A DNA stretch of 59,359 nt, from contig CAVKKE010000001.1 of assembly GCA_963656875.1 (NCBI GenBank), positions 1 to 59,359 of the forward strand, read 5' to 3'. The notes beneath the pieces are model-generated. The model was not told the DNA's origin. It saw only the letters and a program-made list of their open reading frames with translations, and did no database searches. Origin of the DNA: Barnesiella intestinihominis (GTDB lineage: Bacteria > Bacillota > Clostridia > Oscillospirales > Ruminococcaceae). The position numbers and the translations under genes were made by a program. This document shows, piece by piece, positions 39,366 through 48,428 of this stretch. Positions within the stretch are counted from its first letter, which is position 1. Each line of letters starts with the position of its first letter.

Positions 39366-40421
39366 TTACTTCCCTCCCTTGTCTGCCATCAGCTCATACT
39401 CTTCCAGCACGTCCACGGACGGCTTTTTGAGGATTTTTTCATCGATGAAGGTCTTGACCTTCGAGTTCATGTACCAGCCCAGAATGCCGGTGGGGCGGAA
39501 GCGGATGACCACGATCAGCACGATGGCGTACATCAGCATGTTGATGCCGGGCAGAATGGCGGCAAAGTTTGCACGCAGCAGCTCGCTCAGCGGGATCATG
39601 ATCAGGCCGCCGATCAGCGGGCCTTCGATGTAGGCTGCACCGCCGACGACTGCCGGCAGAACGATCTCCGTGGACTTGGACTGGATCATGATATCCGGGT
39701 CGATGTAGCGGATATAGCTGGCGTAGAAGAAGCCGACCATGCCGGCAATGACAGCCGAGATGACAACGGCGATGACCTTATACTTGGTGGGGTTGATGCC
39801 GATGGCAGCAGCGGCGTTCTCATCCTCACGGATGGTGCGCAGGGCAAAGCCCAGCTTGGAGCGGCCGATCTTTTTCATGATGAGGTAGACACCCACCATC
39901 ATGATAAAGCCAACGTAGTAATACGGCACCTTGCTGGTGAAGCGGAACTGCGCAAAGGAGTCCTTGCCGAAGGGCAGGCCCACACCGGATGCACGACCAA
40001 AGAACTCCGAGTTGATAATGAACTGTCGGATGGACTCAGCAAATGCAATGGACACCAGCGTGAAATAGGGGCCGCGCAGGATCAGGCTGGGGAAGAAAAT
40101 GACGCCTGCCACGATGCCGACCACTGCCATATCCAGCAGAGCGGCCAGCCAGGGGTTCATGCCTGTTTTGGTAACCACCAGACAGCACACATAAGCGCCA
40201 AGGCCCATGTAAGCAGCCAGACCCAGAGAGTTCTGGCCGGTGATGCCGCCCAGAATGTTCCACGCCATGGACAGGGTGGACATATAGAAGGTCAGGACAA
40301 AAATGTTGATGATGTAAGGTTTGGTAACTACCAGCGGGATCGCTGCGAAGATGGCGATGATGATGGCAAGGACGATCGCCAGATTGCGGTGATAGGTTTT
40401 GACTGCTTTTCTGGTATCCAT
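39366..40421 (-). CDS. livM: ABC permease, LivM-like
   Basis: WNILGG.TGQ.SLG, LRGPYF and IREDE.AA motifs. Confidence 0.86.
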   Translation of the reverse strand: MDTRKAVKTYHRNLAIVLAIIIAIFAAIPLVVTKPYIINIFVLTFYMSTLSMAWNILGGITGQNSLGLAAYMGLGAYVCCLVVTKTGMNPWLAALLDMAVVGIVAGVIFFPSLILRGPYFTLVSIAFAESIRQFIINSEFFGRASGVGLPFGKDSFAQFRFTSKVPYYYVGFIMMVGVYLIMKKIGRSKLGFALRTIREDENAAAAIGINPTKYKVIAVVISAVIAGMVGFFYASYIRYIDPDIMIQSKSTEIVLPAVVGGAAYIEGPLIGGLIMIPLSELLRANFAAILPGINMLMYAIVLIVVIRFRPTGILGWYMNSKVKTFIDEKILKKPSVDVLEEYELMADKGGK

Positions 40422-40422
40422 C

Positions 40423-41280
40423 TTATCGCCTCCTCAGAATCATGACCTGACGCACGACCAGAATGACGATGAAGGTGACGAACACGATCATGTCACTGTA
40501 GGACGGGCTGATGAACAATGCACTCATCTGCTCCAGCAGGCCCAGGAAAATGCCGGCGAAGAATGCGCCGGGGATGGAGCCCAGACCGCCCACGACGATC
40601 AGCGCACGGAAGCCGAAGCTTGCGCCTGCGGTGGGATAGATGGTGTAGAACTGGGTCAGCAGAGAACCGGCGATACCGGCCAGAGCCACGCCCAGACCAT
40701 AGGTCAGGATGTAGATCTTCTTGACGTTGATGCCAACCACCTCAGCACCGATGGGGTTCTGCGACACGGCACGGATCTGCTTGCCGGTGGTGGAATACTT
40801 GAGGAATGCGAACAGCGCAATGGCCACCACGATCAGGATCAGGAAGCTGATCAGGCGGGGCAGTGCGATGGTGACCGGGCCCAGCGGGATATAGGTCTGC
40901 GAATAGGGTGTGATGATCTTATAATAGGTGGAGCCGAAGATCACCAGCGCACCGTTGGTCAGCAGCAGGCCCAGACCGACCGTCAGGAACAACAGGTTCG
41001 TAAAGCTCTTGGTCTTGAGCGAAGGGGTGATGAGGGTGGACTGGATCAGCGCACCCAGACCGAACATGAGCACTGCGACAATGGGAAGGGCCACATAGGG
41101 GTCCACGCCAAAATAAGTATACAGAACATAGGTGATGTACATGCCAACCATCAGCATTTCACCGTGGCAGAAGTTGACGATGTTCATGACGCCGAAGATG
41201 ATGTTCTGTCCCATACCCATCAGGGAGTAGAAACCGCCCAGCAGGATTCCGTTGACCAGTGCTTGCAAAAAGACTTCCAT
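40423..41280 (-). CDS. livH: ABC permease, LivH-like
   Basis: NG...G..Y.L, IFGVM.IVNFCHGE and GGLGSIPGA motifs. Confidence 0.86.
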   Translation of the reverse strand: MEVFLQALVNGILLGGFYSLMGMGQNIIFGVMNIVNFCHGEMLMVGMYITYVLYTYFGVDPYVALPIVAVLMFGLGALIQSTLITPSLKTKSFTNLLFLTVGLGLLLTNGALVIFGSTYYKIITPYSQTYIPLGPVTIALPRLISFLILIVVAIALFAFLKYSTTGKQIRAVSQNPIGAEVVGINVKKIYILTYGLGVALAGIAGSLLTQFYTIYPTAGASFGFRALIVVGGLGSIPGAFFAGIFLGLLEQMSALFISPSYSDMIVFVTFIVILVVRQVMILRRR

Positions 41281-41456
41281 TGACATCCTCCCGTTCTAAG
41301 CAGCGGCCATTCGGGGAGAAAGCCCGTTGCCGCGTCTTCCGCAGAAAAGACCGGCGTCACCGTCCCCCTTGACAGCCCGTACTTGTGATTTGGACAGAGA
41401 CAGGATGAAAAAATCACCATTTCGTTTTTGGCGAAAGTGTTTCGGGTTGGAACGGA

Positions 41457-41496
41457 TAAAATAAAAAGCACCTGTCCGAAAACGTTCGGGCAGGTG
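41457..41496 (-). terminator. Terminator-like hairpin upstream of the liv operon
   Basis: Minus strand CACCTGCCCGAA..TTCGGACAGGTG followed by CTTTTTATTTT. Confidence 0.65.
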
Positions 41497-41679
41497 GAAA
41501 GAAATATAGAATGCCGTTTGATATCAACTGTTCCCTGTTTTGGCACTTAGGGCAAAATCTCCATCATAAAAGAAAGCCTTTTTATAATGCAGATTATTTC
41601 CCCTCTTTGCCAAGGTCTCCCTCTGTGAGAGAGCTGTCGAGCATATGCGAGACTGAAGGAGTTCGGCCTACTAGATTGG

Positions 41680-41967
41680 TGGCCGTGCTGTTCGATTCCC
41701 TAGCAACAGCAACCACGGTAGACATTCCTAGCCGTTGGGACTTGCAACGGCGACGACCGCCGCCTGCGGCGGAAACAGGGAGGAGCTGTTGGGGCAGCGG
41801 CCAGCAGGATGCAAGGCCCGCTCAAGGGCTGAAGCAACCGCTGGGAGCCGCAACCCGTGGCACTAAGCAACAGCCCACCGGGCTGATTGCTTACCCTGCA
41901 TCGCATGGCCGTGCTGTTCGATTCCCTAGCAACAGCAACCACGGTAGACATTCCTACCGGTTGGGAC
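41680..41967 (+). repeat. 62-bp direct repeat (41680-41741 and 41906-41967) with a tRNA T-arm-like motif, family D
   Basis: TGGCCGTGCTGTTCGATTCCCTAGCAACAGCAACCACGGTAGACATTCCTA... occurs twice with 2 mismatches. Confidence 0.85.
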
Positions 41968-42089
41968 CCGAACACTAAAAAAGAGCCCACTGGGCTCTTT
42001 TTTGCTGCCTGCGGGCAGCCGTGTTTCTTCGATTCCTCGTACGGGTTGCATGAAAAAATCCCTGATCCTAAGATCAGGGATTTTATTCA

Positions 42090-42161
42090 TGACCCGTACG
42101 GGAATCGAACCCATGTTACAGCCGTGAAAGGGCCGTGTCTTAACCGCTTGACCAACGGGCC
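42090..42161 (-). tRNA. tRNA-Glu (TTC)
   Basis: GGCCCGTTGGTCAAGCGGTTAAGACACGGCCCTTTCACGGC...GGTTCGATTCCCGTACGGGTCA; CCA not encoded. Confidence 0.95.
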
Positions 42162-42252
42162 TTATAAATACAGAGCTTCGCTAAAACCTCCGACTTCCAT
42201 CATCCACTATTGCGGACGACCGTCCCCCATATCTTAGCGAAACTCTGTAACG

Positions 42253-42329
42253 TGGTAGCGGTAACTGGATTTGAACCGGTGACACTTCGGGTATGAACCG
42301 AATGCTCTAGCCAACTGAGCTATACCGCC
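42253..42329 (-). tRNA. tRNA-Met (CAT), probably elongator
   Basis: GGCGGTATAGCTCAGTTGGCTAGAGCATTCGGTTCATACCCGAA...GGTTCAAATCCAGTTACCGCTACCA. Confidence 0.93.
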
Positions 42330-42363
42330 ACATATTGTCTGTGCACTTGAACGGTGCTTTATT

Positions 42364-42392
42364 ATTATATCCATACTTCTGCCTTTTGTCAA
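42364..42392 (-). promoter_or_regulatory. Consensus sigma70 promoter for the tRNA genes
   Basis: Minus strand TTGACA-17 bp-TATAAT. Confidence 0.85.
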
Positions 42393-42550
42393 CACATATT
42401 TTTAAAAAATTTGCAATTTTTCTTTCGTCCGTTTTCCCGCCCCCAAAGCGGCTCTGCACAACAAAAATCCCCCGCCTTCTGCACAGTACAGAAAGCGGGG
42501 GATTTTTCAACATTTTATTGTGTGCCGGTGGAAAACCCAGCCGTCACTTC

Positions 42551-43882
42551 TCAGCCCTTCTTGTGGGTGGGCACCATGACCTTCAGGCCGCCCATATACG
42601 GCTGCAGCACTTCGGGAATGGTAACGGTGCCATCGGCCTGCAGGTGGTTCTCCAGGAAGGCGATCAGCATACGCGGAGGTGCCACGCAGGTGTTGTTCAG
42701 GGTGTGAGCCAGATAGCTCTTGCCGTCTTTGCCCTTCACGCGGATGTGCAGGCGGCGTGCCTGTGCATCGCCCAGGTTGGAGCAGGAGCAGACCTCGAAG
42801 TACTTCTGCTGGCGAGGGCTCCAGGCCTCGATGTCGCAGCTCTTCACCTTCAGGTCGGCCAGGTCGCCGGAGCAGCAGTTCAGCTGACGCACCGGGATCT
42901 CCATGCTGCGGAACAGCTCAACGGAGTTCTTCCACAGCTTCTCGTACCAGTCGGCGCTCTCTTCGGGGCGGCAGACGACGATCATCTCCTGCTTCTCGAA
43001 CTGATGGATGCGGTAGATGCCGCGCTCCTCGATGCCGTGAGCGCCCTTCTCCTTGCGGAAGCAGGGGCTGTAGGAAGTCAGGGTCAGGGGCAGAGTGGCC
43101 TCATCCAGAGTCTGGTCGATGAAGCGGCCGATCATGGTGTGCTCACTGGTGCCGATCAGGTACAGGTCCTCGCCCTCGATCTTGTACATCATGGCGTCCA
43201 TCTCAGGGAAGGACATGACGCCCTTCACCACGTCACCGTGCATCATGAAGGGAGGGATCACATAAGTGAAGCCCTTGTCGATCATGAAGTCGCGGGCGTA
43301 GGCCAGAACAGCCTCGTGCAGGCGGGCGATGTTGCCCAGCAGATAATAGAAACCGTTGCCGGCCACGCGGCCTGCGGCATCCATATCGATGCCGTCAAAG
43401 CTCTCCATGATCTCGGTGTGGTACGGGATGGGGAAATCGGGAACCACAGGCTCACCAAAGCGCTGTGCTTCCACATTATAAGAATCATCCGGGCCGATGG
43501 GCACGCTGGGATCGATCATCTGGGGGATAGTGTACATGATCTCCTGAATGCGTGCGGCCAGAGCCTCTTCTTCCTTCTCCAGCTCAGTCATCTTGTCAGC
43601 GTCAGCCTTGACGGCAGCGTTGTTGGCGTCGATCTGAGCCTGCAGCTCAGCCTTCTTGGCCTCGTCGTCGCACTTCTTCAGCTGGCCGAACAGAGGGCCG
43701 TTGGCCTTGCTCAGCTTGTTGCGGGCAGCCTTCAGGGCCTCCACTTCTTTCAGGCATGCGCGGTACTTGGCATCCTTCTCGATGACCTCGTCCACCAGCG
43801 GGAGCTTTGCATCCTGAAATTTCTTCTTGATGTTTTCCTTGACAGCGTCCGGGTTTTCACGGACAAATTTGATATCAAGCAT
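42551..43882 (-). CDS. serS: Serine--tRNA ligase
   Basis: MLDIKFVREN, LIGTSE, CFRKE, HQFEKQE and HTLN motifs. Confidence 0.96.
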   Translation of the reverse strand: MLDIKFVRENPDAVKENIKKKFQDAKLPLVDEVIEKDAKYRACLKEVEALKAARNKLSKANGPLFGQLKKCDDEAKKAELQAQIDANNAAVKADADKMTELEKEEEALAARIQEIMYTIPQMIDPSVPIGPDDSYNVEAQRFGEPVVPDFPIPYHTEIMESFDGIDMDAAGRVAGNGFYYLLGNIARLHEAVLAYARDFMIDKGFTYVIPPFMMHGDVVKGVMSFPEMDAMMYKIEGEDLYLIGTSEHTMIGRFIDQTLDEATLPLTLTSYSPCFRKEKGAHGIEERGIYRIHQFEKQEMIVVCRPEESADWYEKLWKNSVELFRSMEIPVRQLNCCSGDLADLKVKSCDIEAWSPRQQKYFEVCSCSNLGDAQARRLHIRVKGKDGKSYLAHTLNNTCVAPPRMLIAFLENHLQADGTVTIPEVLQPYMGGLKVMVPTHKKG

Positions 43883-43968
43883 GATTTACTCTCCTTGCTC
43901 TATTTCGGTTCGCACAGAAGATCCTCTCCCCTGTGCCGTTCAAAGACGGTCGCCCGCCTTGGATCGCG

Positions 43969-44838
43969 TTATTGTTCGGTCTGATACTGCCCCAGCAGGT
44001 TGGCGAACGCTTTCAGCTGTTCGTCCGAGTAGAAATGAACGGTCAGCTTGCCTTTGCCGCCATGGTAGGCCACATTGACCTCACTGCCCAGCGCCTGCTT
44101 CAGGCTCTCTTCCACTTCCACCGGCAGGGTGCCGCGGGGCTCTGGTTCCTTCGGCTCTTTGGCGGGCTTTGCCAGCTTTTTGCAGAGCGCCTCGGCCTGA
44201 CGGACGTTCAGCTGATTGTCTGCGATGATCTGTGCCGCCTGCTCCTGCAGCTCCGGCGTGGGCAGGCCCAAGATCACCTTTGCGTGGCCGATGTTGATGA
44301 AGCCGCTTTTCAGCAGTTCCAGCACGTTTTCCGGCAGATTCAGCAAGCGCAGGCTGTTGGCCAGCGCACTGCGGCTCTTGCCCAGCTTCTGCGCCGCCTG
44401 TTCCTGCGTCAGACTGCAACGGGTCATCAGTTCCCGGATGCCGGCGGCTTCTTCCACCGGGTCCAGATCTTCGCGCTGCAGGTTCTCCACCAAAGCCAGC
44501 TCCATGGCCTGCTCGTCGGAGACATCCTTCACCACCACGGGCACTTCGTTCAGGCCCGCCATGCGGCAGGCCCGCCAGCGGCGCTCACCTGCCACGATGC
44601 TGTAGCCGCCCCGGGGCTGAGGCCGCACAGCGATGGGCTGCAGCAGGCCGTGCTCCGCGATGCTTGCCGCCAGCTCCCCAAGCGCCTGTTGATCAAAGGT
44701 CTTGCGCGGCTGGCCGGGATCGGGTTCGATCTCGCGCAGGGGCAATGTTTCTACTTTTGCGTCGGACTCAAAAACCGGTGCTGCATCCTCGAACAGACTG
44801 TCCAGCCCGCGGCCAAGCCCTCCTTTTCCTCTTGCCAT
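43969..44838 (-). CDS. parB: ParB/Spo0J partition protein
   Basis: GLGRGL..L, QPRK.F, AGERRWRA, ENLQREDL; HTH GKSRSALANSLRLL and GHAK (ParB-type specificity residues). Confidence 0.95.
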   Translation of the reverse strand: MARGKGGLGRGLDSLFEDAAPVFESDAKVETLPLREIEPDPGQPRKTFDQQALGELAASIAEHGLLQPIAVRPQPRGGYSIVAGERRWRACRMAGLNEVPVVVKDVSDEQAMELALVENLQREDLDPVEEAAGIRELMTRCSLTQEQAAQKLGKSRSALANSLRLLNLPENVLELLKSGFINIGHAKVILGLPTPELQEQAAQIIADNQLNVRQAEALCKKLAKPAKEPKEPEPRGTLPVEVEESLKQALGSEVNVAYHGGKGKLTVHFYSDEQLKAFANLLGQYQTEQ

Positions 44839-44856
44839 TCCTGTTCCCCCTGTGCT

Positions 44857-45690
44857 TTAGTCTTCCAGAGCGTTTTTCGCCGGCTCTGCGGCGGGCGCCT
44901 GTCTGCCCCGGGTCTTCTTCGGCTCATGGGGACGGTTGCGCTTGACGAACTCGATTGCCAGATCCATGTACGCTTCGCTGCCCTTGCCCTTCGGCTCATA
45001 AAAATTGATGGGCTGGCCGTAGCTGGGCGCTTCGGAGATGCGGATCGAGCGCGGAATGGTGGTCTCATACACCTTGTGGCCGAAGTATTTCTGCACCTGC
45101 TCCACCACCTGAATGGTCAGGTTGTAGCGCAGCGAGAACATGGTGAACACCACACCCTCGATGTCCAGATAAGGGTTATATTTCTTGCGGATGGTTTTCA
45201 AAGTGCTGATGAGTTCGGACAGACCTTCCAGCGCGTAATACTCGCACTGCACCGGAATGAGCACGCTGTCGCAGGCACTCAGGCCGTTCAGCGTGAGCAG
45301 ATCCAGGCTGGGCGGGCAGTCGATGAAGATGAAGTCATAGTCCTTCTGCACCTCGGCCAGTGCCCTGCGCAGGCGGCTTTCACGGTTGGGAATGTCGATC
45401 ATCTCAAGGCTGGCACCTGCCAGACGGGTGTTGGAACCGATGACGTCGGTGCGGTATTCGGTCTTGCGGATAGCCTCCGAGGCCCGGGCGCTGCCGATGA
45501 GGATTTCATAGGTTCCCCTCTCCACGCTGCGCTTCGGGATGCCGTAGCCGGTGGTGGTGTTGCCCTGCGGGTCAAGATCTACGATCAGCACCCGTTTGCC
45601 CAGAGCCGCCACACAGGACGAAAGGTTCACGGCGGTGGTGGTTTTTCCCACGCCGCCCTTCTGGTTTGCGATTGCTACAATTTTTGCCAC
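44857..45690 (-). CDS. parA: ParA/Soj ATPase
   Basis: NQKGGVGKTT, DLDPQGN, DCPPSL and EAPSYG motifs; GTG start at 45690. Confidence 0.95.
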   Translation of the reverse strand: MAKIVAIANQKGGVGKTTTAVNLSSCVAALGKRVLIVDLDPQGNTTTGYGIPKRSVERGTYEILIGSARASEAIRKTEYRTDVIGSNTRLAGASLEMIDIPNRESRLRRALAEVQKDYDFIFIDCPPSLDLLTLNGLSACDSVLIPVQCEYYALEGLSELISTLKTIRKKYNPYLDIEGVVFTMFSLRYNLTIQVVEQVQKYFGHKVYETTIPRSIRISEAPSYGQPINFYEPKGKGSEAYMDLAIEFVKRNRPHEPKKTRGRQAPAAEPAKNALED

Positions 45691-45718
45691 GCACGTTTCT
45701 TCCTTCCGAGAAAAGAGT

Positions 45719-45734
45719 TGTTCCACATGGAACA
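45719..45734. promoter_or_regulatory. parS site
   Basis: TGTTCCACATGGAACA, one mismatch from the TGTTCCACGTGGAACA palindrome. Confidence 0.9.
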
Positions 45735-45852
45735 TTCGCAGTCATGCCCGCCGTTTTCCCACCCGGACAGGCATCTTGATTCTTAGTATAGCACATTCAA
45801 ATTGTTTTTTGAACCGCTTTCAGGCGTTTTTGTGCGGTTTTTTCGTTTTTTC

Positions 45853-45868
45853 TGTTCCACATGGAACA
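45853..45868. promoter_or_regulatory. parS site
   Basis: TGTTCCACATGGAACA. Confidence 0.9.
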
Positions 45869-45871
45869 TTT

Positions 45872-46669
45872 TCACCGTTCTGCAGCGGCGGTGGGGATGC
45901 GCACCGTATACTCGATATAGCCGTCCTTCTCTTCCCTGTGAGCCGTGGCAGGCACACCGTTGTCGGTCATCAGGCGGATGGCATGGTCAATAGTGTTCAC
46001 AAATATGCGCACATCCTTGACCATGGAGATGCGGTGTCTCCCCTTTGCTGGCGTGTTCAGCATCTGTTCAATGTAAAGGTCGGTCTGGCGGGCATTGAGC
46101 CGCCGCTTGGCGATGTTGATGAGGGCTTCGCTGCGGCGGTTCTCCGGCAGGCGCAGCACCGCCCGGGCGTGGCGCTCGGTGAGGTTGTTGTCCAGCACGA
46201 ACTGCCGCTGATCGGCGTTCAGCTGCAAAAGCCGCAGCTTGTTTGCAAAGGTAGGCTGCGCCATTCCCAGCCGCTTGGCCGCTTCGGCCTGCGTGCAGTC
46301 CCACAGCACCATTACATCTTTCAGCCCCTGCGCCTGCTCAAAAGGGTTCAGGTCTGCACGCTGGATGTTTTCCAGCAGGCCCAGCGCGGCAGTCTGCTCG
46401 TCGGCGTAGGTGCAGAGGATGGCCGGGATGGTGGTCATCTTCGCCAGCCTACAGGCACGGAGCCGCCGCTCCCCCGCCACCAGTTCGTATCCGCCGTCCG
46501 ACGTTTTCCGCACCGAGACGGGCTGCAGCAGACCATTTTCCCGGATGCTCTGCGCCAGCGCAGCAAGCTCCTGCTCGCTGAACTCCTTCCGGGCCTGAAA
46601 CGGTGACGGACGGATCTGATCGATGGGCAGGAAATAAATTTTCCCTGCCTGTTTTCTGCGTTCAAACAT
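45872..46669 (-). CDS. noc: Nucleoid occlusion protein Noc (ParB paralogue)
   Basis: ParB CTPase box [23 protein letters not shown] and TERHARA (Noc-type Q/K/R residues); [11 protein letters not shown]-terminus; located between rsmG and parA. Confidence 0.85.
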   Translation of the reverse strand: MFERRKQAGKIYFLPIDQIRPSPFQARKEFSEQELAALAQSIRENGLLQPVSVRKTSDGGYELVAGERRLRACRLAKMTTIPAILCTYADEQTAALGLLENIQRADLNPFEQAQGLKDVMVLWDCTQAEAAKRLGMAQPTFANKLRLLQLNADQRQFVLDNNLTERHARAVLRLPENRRSEALINIAKRRLNARQTDLYIEQMLNTPAKGRHRISMVKDVRIFVNTIDHAIRLMTDNGVPATAHREEKDGYIEYTVRIPTAAAER

Positions 46670-46705
46670 GGATGCACTGCCCCTTTCTCAAATCGGATGA
46701 CTTTG

Positions 46706-46737
46706 TTTTCCACATTTTCCCGGGAAAGTGTGGAAAA
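46706..46737. promoter_or_regulatory. Noc-binding site flanked by two inverted DnaA-box matches
   Basis: TTTTCCACA-T-TTTCCCGGGAAA-G-TGTGGAAAA. Confidence 0.7.
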
Positions 46738-46825
46738 ATCGGTTCAAGCTCAGTGTACCACACAAAGAAAGACCCTGCCAGAAATTTCGTTCGGCAGGGT
46801 CTTGCATTTTCTGTTCGATGCTTCG

Positions 46826-47533
46826 TTATTTCAGCGGGCTTTTTGCAATTTTTCCGCCGTTTCTGGGGTAGGCCGTCGGAGTCTGCGAAATCTTTTTGCA
46901 CAGAATCAGGGTGCGGGTGTCACCGCCCGGCAGGTGGAGGGTGCGGGTCTCCTTGTATTCGCCGCCCAGCTTCTTGATGGCCCCCCGGGCCGCGGTCAGT
47001 TCTTCTTCGCCGGAAGAACCCTTCATGGCCAGGAAGTTTCCGCCCACCTTCACCAGCGGCAGACAATATTCTGCCAGCATGGGCAGCGCAGCCACAGCAC
47101 GGGCAGACGCCAAATCGAACTGCTCACGCCATACTTTGCGGGCGGCTTCCTCGGCGCGCTCCTTGGCGAACTCCACACCGGTCAGACCCAACTGAGCGCA
47201 GGCATATTTCAGGAATTCCACGCGCTTGCCGGTGGGCTCCATCAGGGTCAGCTCCAGTTCAGGCTTGTAGATCTTGGTCACGATGCCCGGGAAACCTGCG
47301 CCCGCGCCCACATCCACCATGCGTCCGGCCACTTCCGGCTGGCTGGCGAAAAGCAGGCTGTCGAGGAAATGCTTGTCCTCGATGCCCTCAGGGTCCGTGA
47401 TGGCGGTCAGATTGACCTTCTGGTTGTAGTCCACAAGGATCTGGGCAAAGGCGTCCAGCTGATCCAGCTGGGTGCCAGTGAGCTCGATGTTCCATGTGGA
47501 ACATTTTTCTGCAAGGCGCTGTTTATCGATCAT
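46826..47533 (-). CDS. rsmG: 16S rRNA m7G527 methyltransferase
   Basis: NLTAI, KHFLDS, DVGAGAGFPG, RAE and ARAVA motifs. Confidence 0.96.
   Translation of the reverse strand: MIDKQRLAEKCSTWNIELTGTQLDQLDAFAQILVDYNQKVNLTAITDPEGIEDKHFLDSLLFASQPEVAGRMVDVGAGAGFPGIVTKIYKPELELTLMEPTGKRVEFLKYACAQLGLTGVEFAKERAEEAARKVWREQFDLASARAVAALPMLAEYCLPLVKVGGNFLAMKGSSGEEELTAARGAIKKLGGEYKETRTLHLPGGDTRTLILCKKISQTPTAYPRNGGKIAKSPLK
47488..47503. promoter_or_regulatory. parS site inside the rsmG coding sequence
   Basis: TGTTCCATGTGGAACA. Confidence 0.85.
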
Positions 47534-47549
47534 GAGGATATCCTTTCTC

Positions 47550-48107
47550 TTATTCTCCGGTCAGGTGCACAAAAATGGGCTCGTGGTGCACAGCAGGCAG
47601 GAACTTTTCCAGCACATCTGCTGTGCGCAGTTTGAGCGAAGAGGTGTTGATGCAGGGGTGACAGCCGAGGTACTCCCCCGCTTTCACGTCCTCATCCATC
47701 AGCAGCTGGACGTGATTCTCCGGGTCATTCATCAGGCCCATGATGGAGGAAGAGCCGGGCGTGCAGTCCAGATACTGCTCCATGTCCTCCGGCGATGCAA
47801 AGCTCAGGCGGGCAATGCCCAGCTGATGGGAAAGTTCTTTGGTCTTGAAAGGCTTATCGCCGGGCATCATCAGCAGATAGAAATTCGTCTTCTGCCGGTT
47901 GCAGAGGAACAGGTTCTTGCAGACGGTGGCGTTCAGACAGGCGTCGATAATGTGACAGTCCTCCATGGTGTCGGCCTTCATCCAGCCGTGGTCGGTGCGC
48001 CAGTACGGGATACCCAGCTTGTCCAGAAAATCATAGGTGCGGATCTCTTTTTCCAGTCGCCCGGCGCAGTCGGCGGGACGGCCCTCGTATAACTTCAGTT
48101 CTTCCAT
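47550..48107 (-). CDS. YbaK/ProX(PrdX)-type aminoacyl-tRNA editing protein
   Basis: CKNLFL, RLSFAS, PGS.S..GL and HPCINT motifs. Confidence 0.88.
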   Translation of the reverse strand: MEELKLYEGRPADCAGRLEKEIRTYDFLDKLGIPYWRTDHGWMKADTMEDCHIIDACLNATVCKNLFLCNRQKTNFYLLMMPGDKPFKTKELSHQLGIARLSFASPEDMEQYLDCTPGSSSIMGLMNDPENHVQLLMDEDVKAGEYLGCHPCINTSSLKLRTADVLEKFLPAVHHEPIFVHLTGE

Positions 48108-48131
48108 TGGTTACATCTTCTCTCTAGGTTT

Positions 48132-48428
48132 GACGATTTAGAATTGTCTCCGCTTTGCTCTGACAATATCAGAGGAAATTTTATTTATATATTCGCGTTT
48201 GTATTCGCGTTTGTCGCGGCCTGCGGGCCGCTCCAAACGCATTTTCACGGGATGGGGTCGCAGCGGAAAGCAACAGTTCTTCCAGCAGGGCGGCGGGGAG
48301 TTTCCAAAGCAAATGATCCGCTGGGGTGGAACCCTGTTGCCCGTAGGGCAATAGGGCGGGCGATGGAATGGCCCGAAGTATTTGCGTGGAAAGCTCCCGC
48401 CGCCCTGCCGGTAAAGCTATATCTTCCC
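48132..48428 (+). repeat. Modular structured repeat, family B, copy 3
   Basis: GACGATTTAGAATTGTCTCCGCTTTGCTCTGACAATATCAGAGGAAA head, CCTGCGGG hairpin, IR-flanked module. Confidence 0.8.

Noticed and set aside
40580..40615. livH seems a few residues short at LIVVGGLG
   Set aside because: It is in-frame and within normal variation; it cannot be judged without an alignment.
41680..41967. Possible CRISPR array
   Set aside because: There are only two 62-bp repeats with a 164-bp spacer, and no cas genes.
43883..43968. T-box upstream of serS
   Set aside because: The spacer is too short and has no T-box motif.
45691..45735. ParA N-terminal extension MFHVEQ
   Set aside because: This is a translation of the parS palindrome; the GTG at 45690 has an RBS-like GGAAGGA and gives the canonical start.
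48190..48213. 12-bp tandem duplication TATTCGCGTTTG x2
   Set aside because: Local slippage inside a repeat with no evident function.
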